A stretch of DNA of 64,000 bases, taken from IMG/VR virus record IMGVR_UViG_3300025648_000015, positions 52,146-116,145 of that record; one strand, 5' to 3'. The stretch's first letter is position 1, and each line of letters begins with the position of its first letter. Shown here in pieces: positions 30,771 through 41,859 of this stretch. The position numbers and the translations under genes are program-made. A model generated the notes under the pieces. It did not search any database. It saw only the letters and a program-made list of their open reading frames with translations, and was not told the DNA's origin. The stretch comes from a virus.

Positions 30771-31880
30771 ATGGCTAAAGATGCTATTGAATCATTAATT
30801 AAAGAACTTAATAAGTTCACTCCTGAAGGTAGCACTAAGCCCATTGCTTTCCGTGGTAATAACATTGAGCGCATTAATGCTATCCCTACATTCACTCCAG
30901 CATTGTCTTACTTGCTTGCAGTTGGTGGATGGCCAGAAGGTAAACTAATCGAGTTCTTTGGCAAGGAACACTCAGGTAAAAGTTCATTCGCTTTGATGGC
31001 ATTGAAAGATTGCTATGACTACTACAAGGGTGAGAAGCTTGTTGCTTATGTAGACCTAGAACACCGTTTTAATCCTGAATGGGCTGAGAAGCTTGGGCTA
31101 AAGGTAGACGAAAGCCTTATCGTTGTGCAACCACCAGATGCTGAAACAGGAACTGACATGATGGTTAGCCTAATTAAGTCAAAAGAAGTTTGTGCAATCG
31201 TATGGGATTCGACTGGTGCTGCAGCTACAAAACATAGCATGCAACAACTTACTGATAAAAATGATCGCATGGGTGGCAACGCTGCAGTGATGAAACGCAA
31301 CGTCCAAACTGTTGCTCCATTAGCTAACCTTTATGGTGTGACTTGTTTCTACCTTAACCAACTTCGTGCAGACATGGATGGATACAACCGACCTATGACT
31401 CCAGGTGGCCACGCAGTAAAACACGCTATGTCAGTACGTATATATTTACGCCCTGGTAGTGACAAATACTTTGACAAAATTAATGGTGAGAATGTACAAG
31501 TTGGTTTCCCTGTTGTTATGAAGACAGTAAAAAATAGTTACGGTCCTCCATTCCGTGAAGGTTGGACTGATTTCTATAATCAGCCAAATGTATTTCTAGA
31601 TCACCCAGGTGTTGACACTAAACGTGATCTTGCTCGTATGGGTATCCTTTTAGGTGTAGCACAACGTGCCGGTGCATGGTTTTCTTGGAAAGATATCAAG
31701 GCACAGGGTCGTGACTCATTTTTTGATCAGATTTGGGAAAGTGGACGTGGTGCAGAGTTTGAAGCAGAAATCGTTGCTGCTATCAAAAAGGGTTCAAGTT
31801 TTGCTGAGGTAGAACAAGATGAATTCTTTGGTCGACCTTTGACCGTAGACAGCGATGACGTTAACGATCCGGACGTGTGA
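30771..31880 (+). CDS. recA: RecA-like recombinase
   Basis: GG.PEG..IE.FG.E.SGKS, DLEH, QP...E, DS, NQLR, TPGG.A.KH, G.WF. Confidence 0.93.
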   Translation: MAKDAIESLIKELNKFTPEGSTKPIAFRGNNIERINAIPTFTPALSYLLAVGGWPEGKLIEFFGKEHSGKSSFALMALKDCYDYYKGEKLVAYVDLEHRFNPEWAEKLGLKVDESLIVVQPPDAETGTDMMVSLIKSKEVCAIVWDSTGAAATKHSMQQLTDKNDRMGGNAAVMKRNVQTVAPLANLYGVTCFYLNQLRADMDGYNRPMTPGGHAVKHAMSVRIYLRPGSDKYFDKINGENVQVGFPVVMKTVKNSYGPPFREGWTDFYNQPNVFLDHPGVDTKRDLARMGILLGVAQRAGAWFSWKDIKAQGRDSFFDQIWESGRGAEFEAEIVAAIKKGSSFAEVEQDEFFGRPLTVDSDDVNDPDV

Positions 31881-32278
31881 TGATGACTGAAGAATACGAA
31901 GAAGAACAAGGTGTATCTATTGAGATTGATCCAGAAGGTTGGCCAGAAGATCTGGCTGGTATTCTAATCAATGGCAAAGCTTTCTATATTGTTGATGGAG
32001 TAGTAACGATTACAGGCGATCCTATTTGGAAGTTTGGGGTTATTGCCGATGACGATTAAACATTTTTGCCATAAATGCAATTTATATTTTTATCGTGCTG
32101 TAGACTTTATACTCCATAGACAAGAGCATATGAAAGAAGAACAAAATGAAATTGCGAAATGAAAAATCGTTTACCTATACCGATGAAAGCTTTCACATTG
32201 AAGCTACCGGTATTTCTTCAAAAGACTTTTTTAGAATTGTTAATGAATTAAAGAATAACCACGTCGAGGATGAAGAGA

Positions 32279-32449
32279 ATGACAACTGAATGGGAAACCG
32301 CTAAGTGTAAAAACTGCAGGCGTAAGCTTGGAGATGATCGAGAAATTATTAAGAGTGGTAGTGGTGTTTGGGTACACAATAACCCCATTAATTATGATCT
32401 TAAATGCCATCCGTTTCACCAATACGTAGCAGAACCATTGGAAGATTAA
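32279..32449 (+). CDS. Small CxxC...WxH...C protein (56 aa, not in track)
   Basis: KCKNC...WVH...KC...AEP. Confidence 0.6.
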   Translation: MTTEWETAKCKNCRRKLGDDREIIKSGSGVWVHNNPINYDLKCHPFHQYVAEPLED

Positions 32450-32465
32450 GAAGAGAGAAAAGATA

Positions 32466-32789
32466 ATGACAACTCCTAAGAAAGCACAAGATGTAACACC
32501 ATTTGAACAAGTGGTTGCTGAGATTATGGCTATGCATACAAAGAAGCAGGCTGATTATGGTCGTGCAGATGTTGGCGACCCATTCGCTAACGTACGTGCT
32601 AGTGAAGATTTTGGGATACCGGGGTGGATAGGTGCTGTAGTTAGAGCTAACGATAAAGTTAGGCGTCTACAAAAAGCTGCCCGTGGTGGTAAATTAGTTA
32701 ATGAATCTATTGAAGATTCATTGCTTGATGCAGCTGTTTATTTTATGATTGCTCTTTGTTTGTTTAGGGAAGAAAATGGGAATAAATAA
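32466..32789 (+). CDS. Nucleotide-modification-associated domain (DUF1599-like) protein
   Basis: H..K..DYG...DPF.N....R..DK..RL......ESIEDSLLD.A.Y. Confidence 0.75.
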   Translation: MTTPKKAQDVTPFEQVVAEIMAMHTKKQADYGRADVGDPFANVRASEDFGIPGWIGAVVRANDKVRRLQKAARGGKLVNESIEDSLLDAAVYFMIALCLFREENGNK

Positions 32790-32910
32790 GTGCCCCGAAT
32801 GCAATGAAGATCTTCGTCTTATCACCGAAGGAAGCGATGCTTATTGGATCCATGATGATGCTGACTTAGCAAACAATCCAGAATGTTTTTTAAGGAACGT
32901 TGCAGAATGA
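32776..32910 (+). CDS. Small CxxC...WxH...C protein (44 aa, not in track)
   Basis: KCPEC...WIH...EC...AE. Confidence 0.55.
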   Translation: MGINKCPECNEDLRLITEGSDAYWIHDDADLANNPECFLRNVAE

Positions 32911-33157
32911 TTGATGCTCAACAATGGTTAAAAGAATTTCGTAATAAAGATAAAGCCAATTGGGAAACTTTTGAAGTTGAATTGGAAGATGACGAGTTTG
33001 TAAAAGTCAAGCAAGCTGCATCTATTCTTGGTATGAATGTTGAAGAATACTGCAATTATGCTTTAGTAAAAGCTTTGGATGGGTATAAATGCCCTACATG
33101 CAATAAATTAAGGTTGGATATGTCTCAAAGTTGTAGTAATTGTGGGGAAATAGACTA

Positions 33158-33307
33158 ATGATTTGTGATAAATGCAAAGAACCTGTGCATGTCGGTGAAG
33201 TTTGGTGGGTGCACGATAAGACAAATGATACATGGTGTGACCCCTTGCAAAGTCAGTTCTCTATCGAGTATAATACAATTAAACCTGTGTTTGAAGAAGA
33301 GGATTAA
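33158..33307 (+). CDS. Small CxxC...WxH...C protein (49 aa, not in track)
   Basis: ICDKC...WVH...WC...KP. Confidence 0.55.
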   Translation: MICDKCKEPVHVGEVWWVHDKTNDTWCDPLQSQFSIEYNTIKPVFEEED

Positions 33308-33853
33308 TAATGGATGTCTGTAAGCACGGCAAGACTAATGAGTTTGGCACTTTCATGCCTTATTATTCATATTTCTGTCCTGACTGCAATAACCGTATTA
33401 TCCCACAAGAAATGAATCCATGCGACCATCCAAAGAGACGTGATGGAAGCTGCGTAAAGAAAGGCTGTAACGGTAAAGCATAATGAACGTTGGAGATCGT
33501 GTAGCACACGTTAACTTACTAGGAACTATTGTTGGAGTATCTGCAAAAGGACTACCAGTCATTGAATGGAATGATAGTGAATTCACTGAAGAAGATCCAG
33601 ACACACTCTTGGTAGTTGAATTGCCAGAAGAACTAAATCCAGAAAACGAAGTAGCCGAACCTACGGAGAATAATAATGGAACCACTGAACAAACCACTGA
33701 ACAAACCACTGAAACAACTAATAGTTGAAGCTCTAAAGAGCCTAGAAGGGTTCATGGAGACTGGCGCTGATAGTTCTTATCACAGTTACGATAGAGGGCG
33801 CTATGATACATATCATGTTGTGCTTGGGTGGATTAACCAATTAGAAAGAGAAA

Positions 33854-34267
33854 ATGGGGAAGTTCCAACAGAAGTTTAGCCAACGTCAAGAACGTGAGCT
33901 AGAAGAGCAATGGCCAATGGCCAAGAGAACTATTGGTTCAGGTGCTAAGTGGGAGAAGGCAGACCTTCAAACACAAGAGTACCAGAACATAGAGTTCATG
34001 ATTGAATGCAAGAGCACACAAAGCTCAAGCTTTTCCATTACTAAAACTATTTGGAACACTGTTAAAAGCCATGCTCAGAACAAGAGTTGGCTTAGTCGTC
34101 CGGTACTTGCTGTACGTTTGTACGGTCCTACTATTGAAATGACTGAGTGGGGGGAAAGAGAAAACACTCCTGAAACTTTACCAGTCGAGCTTGACCTTAT
34201 CGTAATAGATAAGGATGATTTTCTTGAATTATACGAAGATTACATAAGACTAAAAGAGAATGAATAA
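33854..34267 (+). CDS. PD-(D/E)XK nuclease, Holliday-junction-resolvase-like
   Basis: QE......A.RT.GSGA...K.D......IECKST. Confidence 0.7.
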   Translation: MGKFQQKFSQRQERELEEQWPMAKRTIGSGAKWEKADLQTQEYQNIEFMIECKSTQSSSFSITKTIWNTVKSHAQNKSWLSRPVLAVRLYGPTIEMTEWGERENTPETLPVELDLIVIDKDDFLELYEDYIRLKENE

Positions 34268-34482
34268 TGTGGTCGTGGATCCTAGCAGTTGTCGGAAGCT
34301 TTGGTGTTTTTACTATAGGTAGTAAAAATATCTATGGATGGGTTGTTCTATTCTTGAATGAATGTTTATGGGTTGCTTATGCTTTGCATACACATCAATA
34401 TGGTTTTATTTTTGCTTCTGCTTTATACATGGGTACATACATTAGAAACTATTTGAACTGGAAAAAAGATGATAAAGAATAG
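34267..34482 (+). CDS. Small PnuC-like membrane protein
   Basis: Three TM segments, K...GW....NE.LW..YA....QYGF. Confidence 0.55.
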   Translation: MWSWILAVVGSFGVFTIGSKNIYGWVVLFLNECLWVAYALHTHQYGFIFASALYMGTYIRNYLNWKKDDKE

Positions 34483-34554
34483 AATTGTTGATCTAATTTT
34501 TATGGTGCTGGGAACGGTACTTGTGACTGAAATTACTATGAGAAAGAAAAATAA

Positions 34555-35304
34555 GTGAGTTTTTTAGAACGCACTCTGGCTACATACCAGAACAATGAGC
34601 CTATTACTCCTCATATTGAGGAGGCTTTGATCCATGCAGATTGGCCTGAAGAATACCCTGTAAAGGTATTTAATAAAGAACGTAAGTTTGATAACATGTA
34701 TCATCCCTCATCAGACGTAACAGCTGGTGAGTTGCAATTATATTATAAATTCCATCCAGAATTGAGGTTACAATGTCAAGAAGAAAGAATAAGTCCAACA
34801 CTGCAAATGACCTTTCAAGTGGGTTCAGCTTTTCACAGTATTATTCAGAGCATGTTAATCCATTTAGGTTTTACGACTATGGAAGAAGTAGAAGTAAAGT
34901 TCAAAAACGAAGAAAGAATGTGCGCTGGCGCAGTAGATATCTTGAAACTACAAACTCCAGATGGAGAACAATTCTTAGTAGATATAAAAAGTTGTAATCA
35001 ACTACCTAAAGAAGCTAGTTACCAATACCAGATGCAATTGCGTACATACCAGGATAATTGTCCCGGTGCTCCAGATCGTATGGCATTGCTATTCATTCAA
35101 AAGTCTTACCCACATAAGATTAAAACCATTGAAGTATTTAAGGATCAAAATGAACTCGATAAACTCTACGATAAGTGGGATAGAGTTCGAGTGGCCATCA
35201 GAAATAATGATACCACTGGACTCAAACACTGCTGTAACGGCCCTACAGATGAAGTTTTTCTCAGCTGCCCTGCAAGGAAAATTTGCGAATATTGGAATAA
35301 ATGA
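34555..35304 (+). CDS. Cas4/RecB-like PD-(D/E)XK exonuclease
   Basis: G.AFH, G.VD, VDIKS, QL..Y, C-terminal CC......CP....C. Confidence 0.8.
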   Translation: MSFLERTLATYQNNEPITPHIEEALIHADWPEEYPVKVFNKERKFDNMYHPSSDVTAGELQLYYKFHPELRLQCQEERISPTLQMTFQVGSAFHSIIQSMLIHLGFTTMEEVEVKFKNEERMCAGAVDILKLQTPDGEQFLVDIKSCNQLPKEASYQYQMQLRTYQDNCPGAPDRMALLFIQKSYPHKIKTIEVFKDQNELDKLYDKWDRVRVAIRNNDTTGLKHCCNGPTDEVFLSCPARKICEYWNK

Positions 35305-35325
35305 GTACATGTTTGGGAAATTGTT

Positions 35326-35667
35326 TTGACATCACCACAAAAGGCTAAAGGCTCCCAATGGGAGAGAGACATTGCAAAATACTTTAACGAACGTGGCTAC
35401 CCAGATGTAGAACGTCGCTATGGTGCTGGAGCTACCCTGGATAAGGGTGACATCAATGGCGTTAAAGATACCGTGATTGAGGCTAAGAATGTAGCCAAGA
35501 TCACGCTTGCATCCATCATGGATGAAGCACTTGTTGAGCAGAAGAATGCCAAGAAACGATTTGGTATTAGTATCATTAAGCGTCGTAATAAAAGTGCTAA
35601 GGAAGCATATGTTGTTATGACGTTAGAACAATGGATTGATCTTTACTCATATTACGTAAATAATTAA
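35326..35667 (+). CDS. Holliday junction resolvase (Hjc-type)
   Basis: KAKG..WER.IA.Y....G....ERR....D.GDI.G....IEAKN. Confidence 0.85.
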   Translation: MTSPQKAKGSQWERDIAKYFNERGYPDVERRYGAGATLDKGDINGVKDTVIEAKNVAKITLASIMDEALVEQKNAKKRFGISIIKRRNKSAKEAYVVMTLEQWIDLYSYYVNN

Positions 35668-35713
35668 TGATTAACCTTTACAAATGCTATTATAAAATGG
35701 TATTTTTGTAAGG

Positions 35714-36274
35714 ATGAATAATAACAGATCGTTACGTAAGGGACTAAGTGGGCTTACAGAGCCCGAGCTTGGCATGGAGCACAACGATAAATTCAATGAA
35801 CTTCATTCGTTTGCAGTCCGTGCATTTGATTGGAAAGATCGTCCAGAAGAAAAAGAGATGCTCGACAGTATTGAAGTTCTCGTAGAGAAATTCTTGTATG
35901 ATTACCTAAATCCTGCTGAAGTTATCATAGCTAAATTCAACACTGATGCTAACATGGGTGAGGTAGAAGCTGAACGTTTATTTCTCAATCTACAGAGTAC
36001 AATCGTATCGATTGAAGAAGAAGTTACCCGTAGGTATCTTAAGGCACAATTTAGCTATTATATGCTAGATGATAAGTACTGGGAGAATTACCGAAAAGGT
36101 AATGGAACTACTAATGATCTAACTGCTCGTGCACGTATGGAGACTCGTGACGATCGTTATTTTTATTTTGTTCAATACGCTGCATGGCGTATCATCAATG
36201 ACAAAGTGCAAAGTCTAAAAGCTACGCAGAGGCATATACAAAACAAGATCTATCGTTCTGGGTACAGAACATGA
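35714..36274 (+). CDS. Hypothetical alpha-helical protein
   Basis: Long ORF overlapping the sigma-like gene. Confidence 0.65.
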   Translation: MNNNRSLRKGLSGLTEPELGMEHNDKFNELHSFAVRAFDWKDRPEEKEMLDSIEVLVEKFLYDYLNPAEVIIAKFNTDANMGEVEAERLFLNLQSTIVSIEEEVTRRYLKAQFSYYMLDDKYWENYRKGNGTTNDLTARARMETRDDRYFYFVQYAAWRIINDKVQSLKATQRHIQNKIYRSGYRT

Positions 36275-36639
36275 GCGACACGCCACCTCAAAGAAAAAGT
36301 CGTAAACAAGAAGTTATCAGAGGAAAGATGACATGGCAAATTCTTGAACGACTCTTGAATAATTATTGGGAGTGGTATGAAGTTTATCAAACAACAGGTA
36401 ACCCTGAGTTGCAACTGTTGAATGGAATTACCGTCAACATCTATGACATTTTGAAAGGAATAGATCGTTTGCCTCCTCGCCAGAAGCAAGCAGTCGTACT
36501 ATCATGTTTGGAAAACAGAAAAGAAGTAGAAGTAGCGAGGATAATGGGATTCACGAAGTGGAGCTCCCAGGTGGGGATGTACAAGAGGAAAGCACTGAAG
36601 ACGTTGTGCGAGACAGTGTGGAAGTCAGAAGTAGACTAA
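36271..36639 (+). CDS. Sigma-70 region 4 HTH protein (candidate late sigma factor)
   Basis: IDRLPPRQKQAVVL...E.....EVARIMG.....V.....KALK.L. Confidence 0.75.
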   Translation: MSDTPPQRKSRKQEVIRGKMTWQILERLLNNYWEWYEVYQTTGNPELQLLNGITVNIYDILKGIDRLPPRQKQAVVLSCLENRKEVEVARIMGFTKWSSQVGMYKRKALKTLCETVWKSEVD

Positions 36640-36981
36640 GCACTGACGATCAGTTCTCTGCTTTAGAAGAGAAATATTTTGAACGTTTACCACAAAATTG
36701 GGATGAAATGAACATGGGTGCTAAACTAGATTGGTTTGGTCACCGTATCCTGCTTGATCTTCGTGAAGAAACTGGTCGTGATGCCACTAGAGACTGGGGA
36801 TTCCTCAGTGATTACCAATTAGAGCGTCGCAGAAGACGAGAAGTACAAAGCAAACTTATTGGTGGGTGGGATGATCTACCACCAAGACAAGGTGTATTCC
36901 GTAGAGTACACGTAGACAAGAATAACTTTTTGACAGGCGATAATAAAACAAAGCCAGAAGATAAGAGGCCAGAGGGTAACA

Positions 36982-37710
36982 ATGGACAGAAGAACTAAAG
37001 AATACAAAGAGCTAGTCCACATGACTCCCACCACTCAGGAGTTGTTGAGCGAAGAAATTGATGGTGAACTATATCTGTATAAATATTCACCACAATGCAA
37101 GATTTGTAATACCAGTGAAGACCTCAGAAATATCATCGATTCACTCCTATTGTTTCCAAAGACCTATAAAGAAGTTCTTCAGTCAATCCAGTCGTTACAG
37201 GATAAATTAGGCATCGTAGGTGATGACCGTATAAATTATGAGAATATTCGTAACCACCAGAAGCGGCACCTTCCTTTTGATAAAGCGATGGTCAGAGAAA
37301 CTGTTGAGCGGCGTGCTCGTGAAAAGAATCGTAGTATTTTAGATACTAGTGAAAGATTACTCACTGCTGAAGCTTTCTATGAAGTTATTGTAGCCAAAGG
37401 ATGGGAAGAGATTGCCAAGGGTCACACTCAACCTACTTTGAACCAAACCATGGAAGCCATGGAGAGGTTACAAAAGCTTGAGAAAGAAGGACAAGAAGAC
37501 TATCGTCCAGAAGAGCTTATTAATCAATTGGATATTATTCTTATGGCTGTTCGTGAAGTATTGCCTCCAGATATGAAAGAAGCACTTTTTCGTAAAATTG
37601 AAGAGTTCCAAACTGCTGATAAGAAACATAAGAACCCACAGGCTCTCAGGGAAGCTGATATCGATATAGATGATTATGTCGATGAAGATCTTTTAGAAGA
37701 AGATCTATAA
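36982..37710 (+). CDS. Hypothetical protein, possible terminase small subunit
   Basis: N-terminal CKIC plus HTH-like segment ending NHQKRHL; helical; function is inference. Confidence 0.4.
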   Translation: MDRRTKEYKELVHMTPTTQELLSEEIDGELYLYKYSPQCKICNTSEDLRNIIDSLLLFPKTYKEVLQSIQSLQDKLGIVGDDRINYENIRNHQKRHLPFDKAMVRETVERRAREKNRSILDTSERLLTAEAFYEVIVAKGWEEIAKGHTQPTLNQTMEAMERLQKLEKEGQEDYRPEELINQLDIILMAVREVLPPDMKEALFRKIEEFQTADKKHKNPQALREADIDIDDYVDEDLLEEDL

Positions 37711-37733
37711 ACCCTCCATTTTCCATGTTTTAA

Positions 37734-37763
37734 TGTAAAAACTCCGTTAAAACGCTAAAGATA
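37734..37763 (+). promoter_or_regulatory. Putative late promoter (TGTAAAA-N18-AGATA)
   Basis: Same spacing as the 1622 site; starts the head/terminase cluster. Confidence 0.45.
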
Positions 37764-37783
37764 TTGTAGACGTAGGGGTATAT

Positions 37784-38266
37784 ATGGCTGAAAATCAACC
37801 AAAAAAGTGGTCTAGACAAAAGAATGTCGTAGAAACTGCTATTGAACCACGTCGTCTAAGCTATTCTGACCGTATTTTTGACCCATATGATCCAGATCAT
37901 CCAGATCCAGAAATGCGTTCTGGCGGTGGTGGCATCCAAATTAGCGATTATGCTGAGGATGCTGACCGTCAAAAATACAATAGAAACACTGGACATGCTT
38001 TATTTGATCGTCAAAACGAAGGTACTGGAACAGGTACTCCTAGCCTTTACTCATTCCAACGTGGTGTAAGAATCGCTGCAGGTTTATTGTCACGTCGTTC
38101 TAGAAACGATGCTTGTGTTAGGTGTGGTGTTGGGAAAAAACCACGAAAGATGAAGCAAGTAGAAATATCAGTCCCACCTTATTTTGCTTACGCTTGCAAA
38201 AGTAATTGCAGAGACTGGAATACTGAAAAGAATCCTTACGGCGCTAGACTTAGAAAAAACATGTAA
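37784..38266 (+). CDS. Hypothetical protein with C-terminal Zn ribbon
   Basis: CVRC...C...C. Confidence 0.65.
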   Translation: MAENQPKKWSRQKNVVETAIEPRRLSYSDRIFDPYDPDHPDPEMRSGGGGIQISDYAEDADRQKYNRNTGHALFDRQNEGTGTGTPSLYSFQRGVRIAAGLLSRRSRNDACVRCGVGKKPRKMKQVEISVPPYFAYACKSNCRDWNTEKNPYGARLRKNM

Positions 38267-39093
38267 TGCTTAACGAACCAGAAATAAGTAAGGTAGGTCA
38301 AGACTATGCTGTTAAAGCAGGTCGACTTTTGCCGCTCGTAAAAGATACTGGTAAATACAACATCACTTATCTTTATAAGAACCTTCACAAGAATGCTGAC
38401 AAAGTAACTAATCGTGGAGAGTTCAACTACCCAGTACTCCAACACAGTTTTGATGGCCAAAATCATTCATTCAGTAATTCACCAGAGTTTTCTGAACAAT
38501 TTAATAAATATATCCCACAATTAAAAACATTGTACGAGATGAATCTAGAAAATCAGAAGCCGGACGGCACAAGGGTTACAGCACCATGCGTGTCTTTGAA
38601 TAAGACACACGGCGATGATGAAACTTTAAATGATTACATGAAGCGTAAGTTACCACTTGATGATATTAAAGGTTTAAGAACACCTCAAATTAATGAAGAG
38701 GCTATCATTCCATGCCAAGAATTTCACTGCAATAAATGCAGTTCTTGCAAACCACACCAGGAAGAATTTGTTAAGTCTATGCAAGGTATCCTTTCACATG
38801 ATGCTAATACTGGCGATGGTATGAGAAACTTTCACGTAAAAAACCTTTTAACTACGTTAAATAGCTGGGCAGCTCACCAAGATGAGCGTGGGCATAATGA
38901 TGAAACTGTTGGTGACCATAAATTTGATCATGATCATTATGGGCATAGCTTATTTTCTACTGCATTGAGAGAGATGTCTAACAATCTACACAGAGCATAT
39001 GAAAATGACTGGATTAAATCAGGTGGTAAGGGCGGTGGCACTCATCGAGACCACCTTGGTCAAGAATACGGTAAGAAAACGGAAGCCTACTAA
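38266..39093 (+). CDS. Hypothetical His/Cys-rich protein
   Basis: Coupled ORF. Confidence 0.7.
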   Translation: MLNEPEISKVGQDYAVKAGRLLPLVKDTGKYNITYLYKNLHKNADKVTNRGEFNYPVLQHSFDGQNHSFSNSPEFSEQFNKYIPQLKTLYEMNLENQKPDGTRVTAPCVSLNKTHGDDETLNDYMKRKLPLDDIKGLRTPQINEEAIIPCQEFHCNKCSSCKPHQEEFVKSMQGILSHDANTGDGMRNFHVKNLLTTLNSWAAHQDERGHNDETVGDHKFDHDHYGHSLFSTALREMSNNLHRAYENDWIKSGGKGGGTHRDHLGQEYGKKTEAY

Positions 39094-41840
39094 TGAAGAT
39101 AAGTGAAATCTTTAAACGTCGCAATACACGTGAATCTGCAGGGCAATCAACTGAACCCAACCCATTCGGTATGGGTACTACAGTTGAACGTAAGAACCTA
39201 TTAGACGATAACCAAACAGTTGTACGTAATGAAATAACAACACCAGGTAGTCTAAAACCTATTGCTCTTGCTAGCCCAGAAGAATGCAACTGCGCTCAAA
39301 AACTAAACGTTTTGAGCTCTTCACCAAAACTTAGAATACCAAGTGATGCAAGTTCACAATCAATCAATGAACAATTGGAAAGTATTAAGAATACTCCTAA
39401 GGATAAAAAAGATTTCCATAAGCAAGTAGTTAACAAGTGGTTGGGAATGATGAATGAAACTGATGATAAGAAACGTCATGAGAATGTCAATGTTCTTCAA
39501 AGTCTAAAAAGAACCAACCCAACTGCAGATAATCGTTATGAATTCCAAAACCACTTACTCATGCATCTTTACAATGCTGGCATGTCTCATAGAGATCTTG
39601 GTATAAAAGACAGTGAACTTGGTGAACAATTTAAACAGACACAAGGTCTATCACAAGTTGAACAGAATGTTGCTAAGTCTACACACCAATATAATCAAAA
39701 TAACTGTGGTGTTTGCCAACAATATTTAGACTCTTTCAAAAACCATGTACGAAAGTATAAAGATGGTATTGACAATATTTCTATGATGACTACAAAAAAT
39801 AAACCAGAGGATTCTGGTAAGTCTGCTGATGAACTTGTTAAGTCACTTTATGATGATTACCAAACGGGTAACAAGTCAAGAACAAAAGATTCAAGCGCGG
39901 CATCTGCTATAGATACGTTATCTAACTGGGATGAACACAGTAAGAATGCACATGGTTATTCATTTAATAGCGATTATGATAAGTACACACCTGTTGCTAG
40001 AGACAAGTCATTTATTCGTAGTACATACGATAGGTTAAAGGGTTACTCTGGTGGTTGGTCAAGAGGAAAAAATGTACCACTAACAGGCAACCCATTCGAA
40101 GAGCGTAAGCCAGGTGGTGAATTAAGAACAGAGGAAGAACTTTCTACTAAAGAAAAAAAGAAAGTTGATATCATAAAGACTCGTCAAAAGTTCCAAGAAC
40201 CTTCTGCTATATCTACTAGAGAAACACTTTACCCATTACCACCTGTAGAAACTAAGGGTATGACTGCTGATGAAGCAGAAGCTGCCTATGAGAATAGAAG
40301 AAGCCTGTTAGAAAAAGACGAGCAAGGGCAAAGCATTCTTACTCCTATTCAAAAGAGAAAAGATACCGGTGGCACTCTTAGAACAGTTATAGAATTGCCT
40401 AATAAAACAATTACATATTTTCCGCAACAGAAAAAATACAATCAAGATTTTTCAGAAAACACTGTGGGTGGTCCATTTTCTGTAACACCAAAACCGCCTG
40501 TTCAAACATACAATGCTGCTGATGATCCACGCAATAAACTATTTCAAGATGTTGTTAGCGCTGGAGAACACCCAGAGATCATCAAGCCTAGCCTGCGTGA
40601 AGGTATAAATGCTACACTTCCACGTCAGCACAAGTACTTGTTCCAAAAGGCTGGCATTGAACCAGAGACTGCTGGTCTAAAGGAATACTCAGAAAAACTG
40701 CAAGCTTACAAGAATCAACCCACACACTACAGCGTTGATACAGGTAAGAAAGAAACAGTCGAAGAGCCACAGACCGAGAAGCGCAACTTAATTGAAAGAA
40801 ATGGTGAGCTTCTTCCATACGAAGAAACGTATCACAAAGAACACAAAGAATTCTTGCAAAAATTAAATACTGAAGGCAATGAATACTTACCCTTGCGAAG
40901 TGATGGCAAACCAGCAAAGCTCAAAAACATAGCACACGATTGGACTAGCGAAGAAGACGATAAGTGGATAAAAGATTGGCACTCAAAGAATTCAAAGACT
41001 GAAGTATCGTACTCAGCACCTTCAGATAAATTTTCTCCTCCTGTTAAGAATGAAAAACTCGTAGCACCAGTACGACAAGAAATTCCTAAGCTAGATAACA
41101 GTGGTAAGCAGATCACGAAGACTGTAACTAAATCAATCTACGAGGAACGTCCTATCCCTGCTGAACAAATGATCCCAGAACCATCACAGGAATCTTTAGC
41201 AAATGCTCAATCTAAATACAATGAATCATTTGATAATGCTTTGAGCAAGGTTTACCCAAACTATACCAAAGAACAAGCAATGAATGCTCTACAAAATGAG
41301 CACGAAGGCGTCGTAAATAACCTAGAAAAGCAACACCAACGCAGTCTGCAAACCCGTAACCGTCGTATTAACGCAAGCAAGGAAACAATTATGTTTAATT
41401 CAAAGAATAAGAAAGAATCACACATCGATCTGTCAGTCATTCCTGGCATGGTAGAACATGGTATAAAGGATGTTGGTCATATGCTCAACACCGTACGTAA
41501 CCAATGGGACCAAGCACGCCAGAATACTAACCAATCAATGAAAGGTGATGCAACCGTTCAACTTTTAGGTGAAGCTGCTGCTGCTGGTTTTGGTGGCAAA
41601 AAGTTGCTTGACAAGTACAAGAACTGGGTAAACACACCAGGCAAGCGTAAGGATGACGAAGAAGACGGTGAAGCACCACGTCAAGCTAGCCTACGCAATG
41701 CTAAAGCAAAGCTCGAAGCTGCAAAAAAGTCAAAAACTTGCGAAAAGTGTGGCAAGAAGTGTAGCGATGATAAGGAATGTAAGGCTAACATTGAAGAACG
41801 TAGACGTTCACAGTCAGCTGACAACGCTTACAACGATTAA
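39093..41840 (+). CDS. Large hydrophilic protein, probable internal head/ejection protein
   Basis: 915 aa, K/E/Q-rich, late cluster; internal SD+ATG at 41391. Confidence 0.6.
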   Translation: MKISEIFKRRNTRESAGQSTEPNPFGMGTTVERKNLLDDNQTVVRNEITTPGSLKPIALASPEECNCAQKLNVLSSSPKLRIPSDASSQSINEQLESIKNTPKDKKDFHKQVVNKWLGMMNETDDKKRHENVNVLQSLKRTNPTADNRYEFQNHLLMHLYNAGMSHRDLGIKDSELGEQFKQTQGLSQVEQNVAKSTHQYNQNNCGVCQQYLDSFKNHVRKYKDGIDNISMMTTKNKPEDSGKSADELVKSLYDDYQTGNKSRTKDSSAASAIDTLSNWDEHSKNAHGYSFNSDYDKYTPVARDKSFIRSTYDRLKGYSGGWSRGKNVPLTGNPFEERKPGGELRTEEELSTKEKKKVDIIKTRQKFQEPSAISTRETLYPLPPVETKGMTADEAEAAYENRRSLLEKDEQGQSILTPIQKRKDTGGTLRTVIELPNKTITYFPQQKKYNQDFSENTVGGPFSVTPKPPVQTYNAADDPRNKLFQDVVSAGEHPEIIKPSLREGINATLPRQHKYLFQKAGIEPETAGLKEYSEKLQAYKNQPTHYSVDTGKKETVEEPQTEKRNLIERNGELLPYEETYHKEHKEFLQKLNTEGNEYLPLRSDGKPAKLKNIAHDWTSEEDDKWIKDWHSKNSKTEVSYSAPSDKFSPPVKNEKLVAPVRQEIPKLDNSGKQITKTVTKSIYEERPIPAEQMIPEPSQESLANAQSKYNESFDNALSKVYPNYTKEQAMNALQNEHEGVVNNLEKQHQRSLQTRNRRINASKETIMFNSKNKKESHIDLSVIPGMVEHGIKDVGHMLNTVRNQWDQARQNTNQSMKGDATVQLLGEAAAAGFGGKKLLDKYKNWVNTPGKRKDDEEDGEAPRQASLRNAKAKLEAAKKSKTCEKCGKKCSDDKECKANIEERRRSQSADNAYND

Positions 41841-41859
41841 TAAATAAAGAAAGAAGACA

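Noticed and set aside
33681-33719. ACCACTGAACAA tandem repeat as a regulatory array
   Set aside because: In-frame 12-bp coding repeat (TTEQ) in a low-complexity protein tail.
34555-35304. CRISPR-Cas system
   Set aside because: Solo Cas4-like nuclease in a recombination cluster; no repeat-spacer array or other cas genes in the window.
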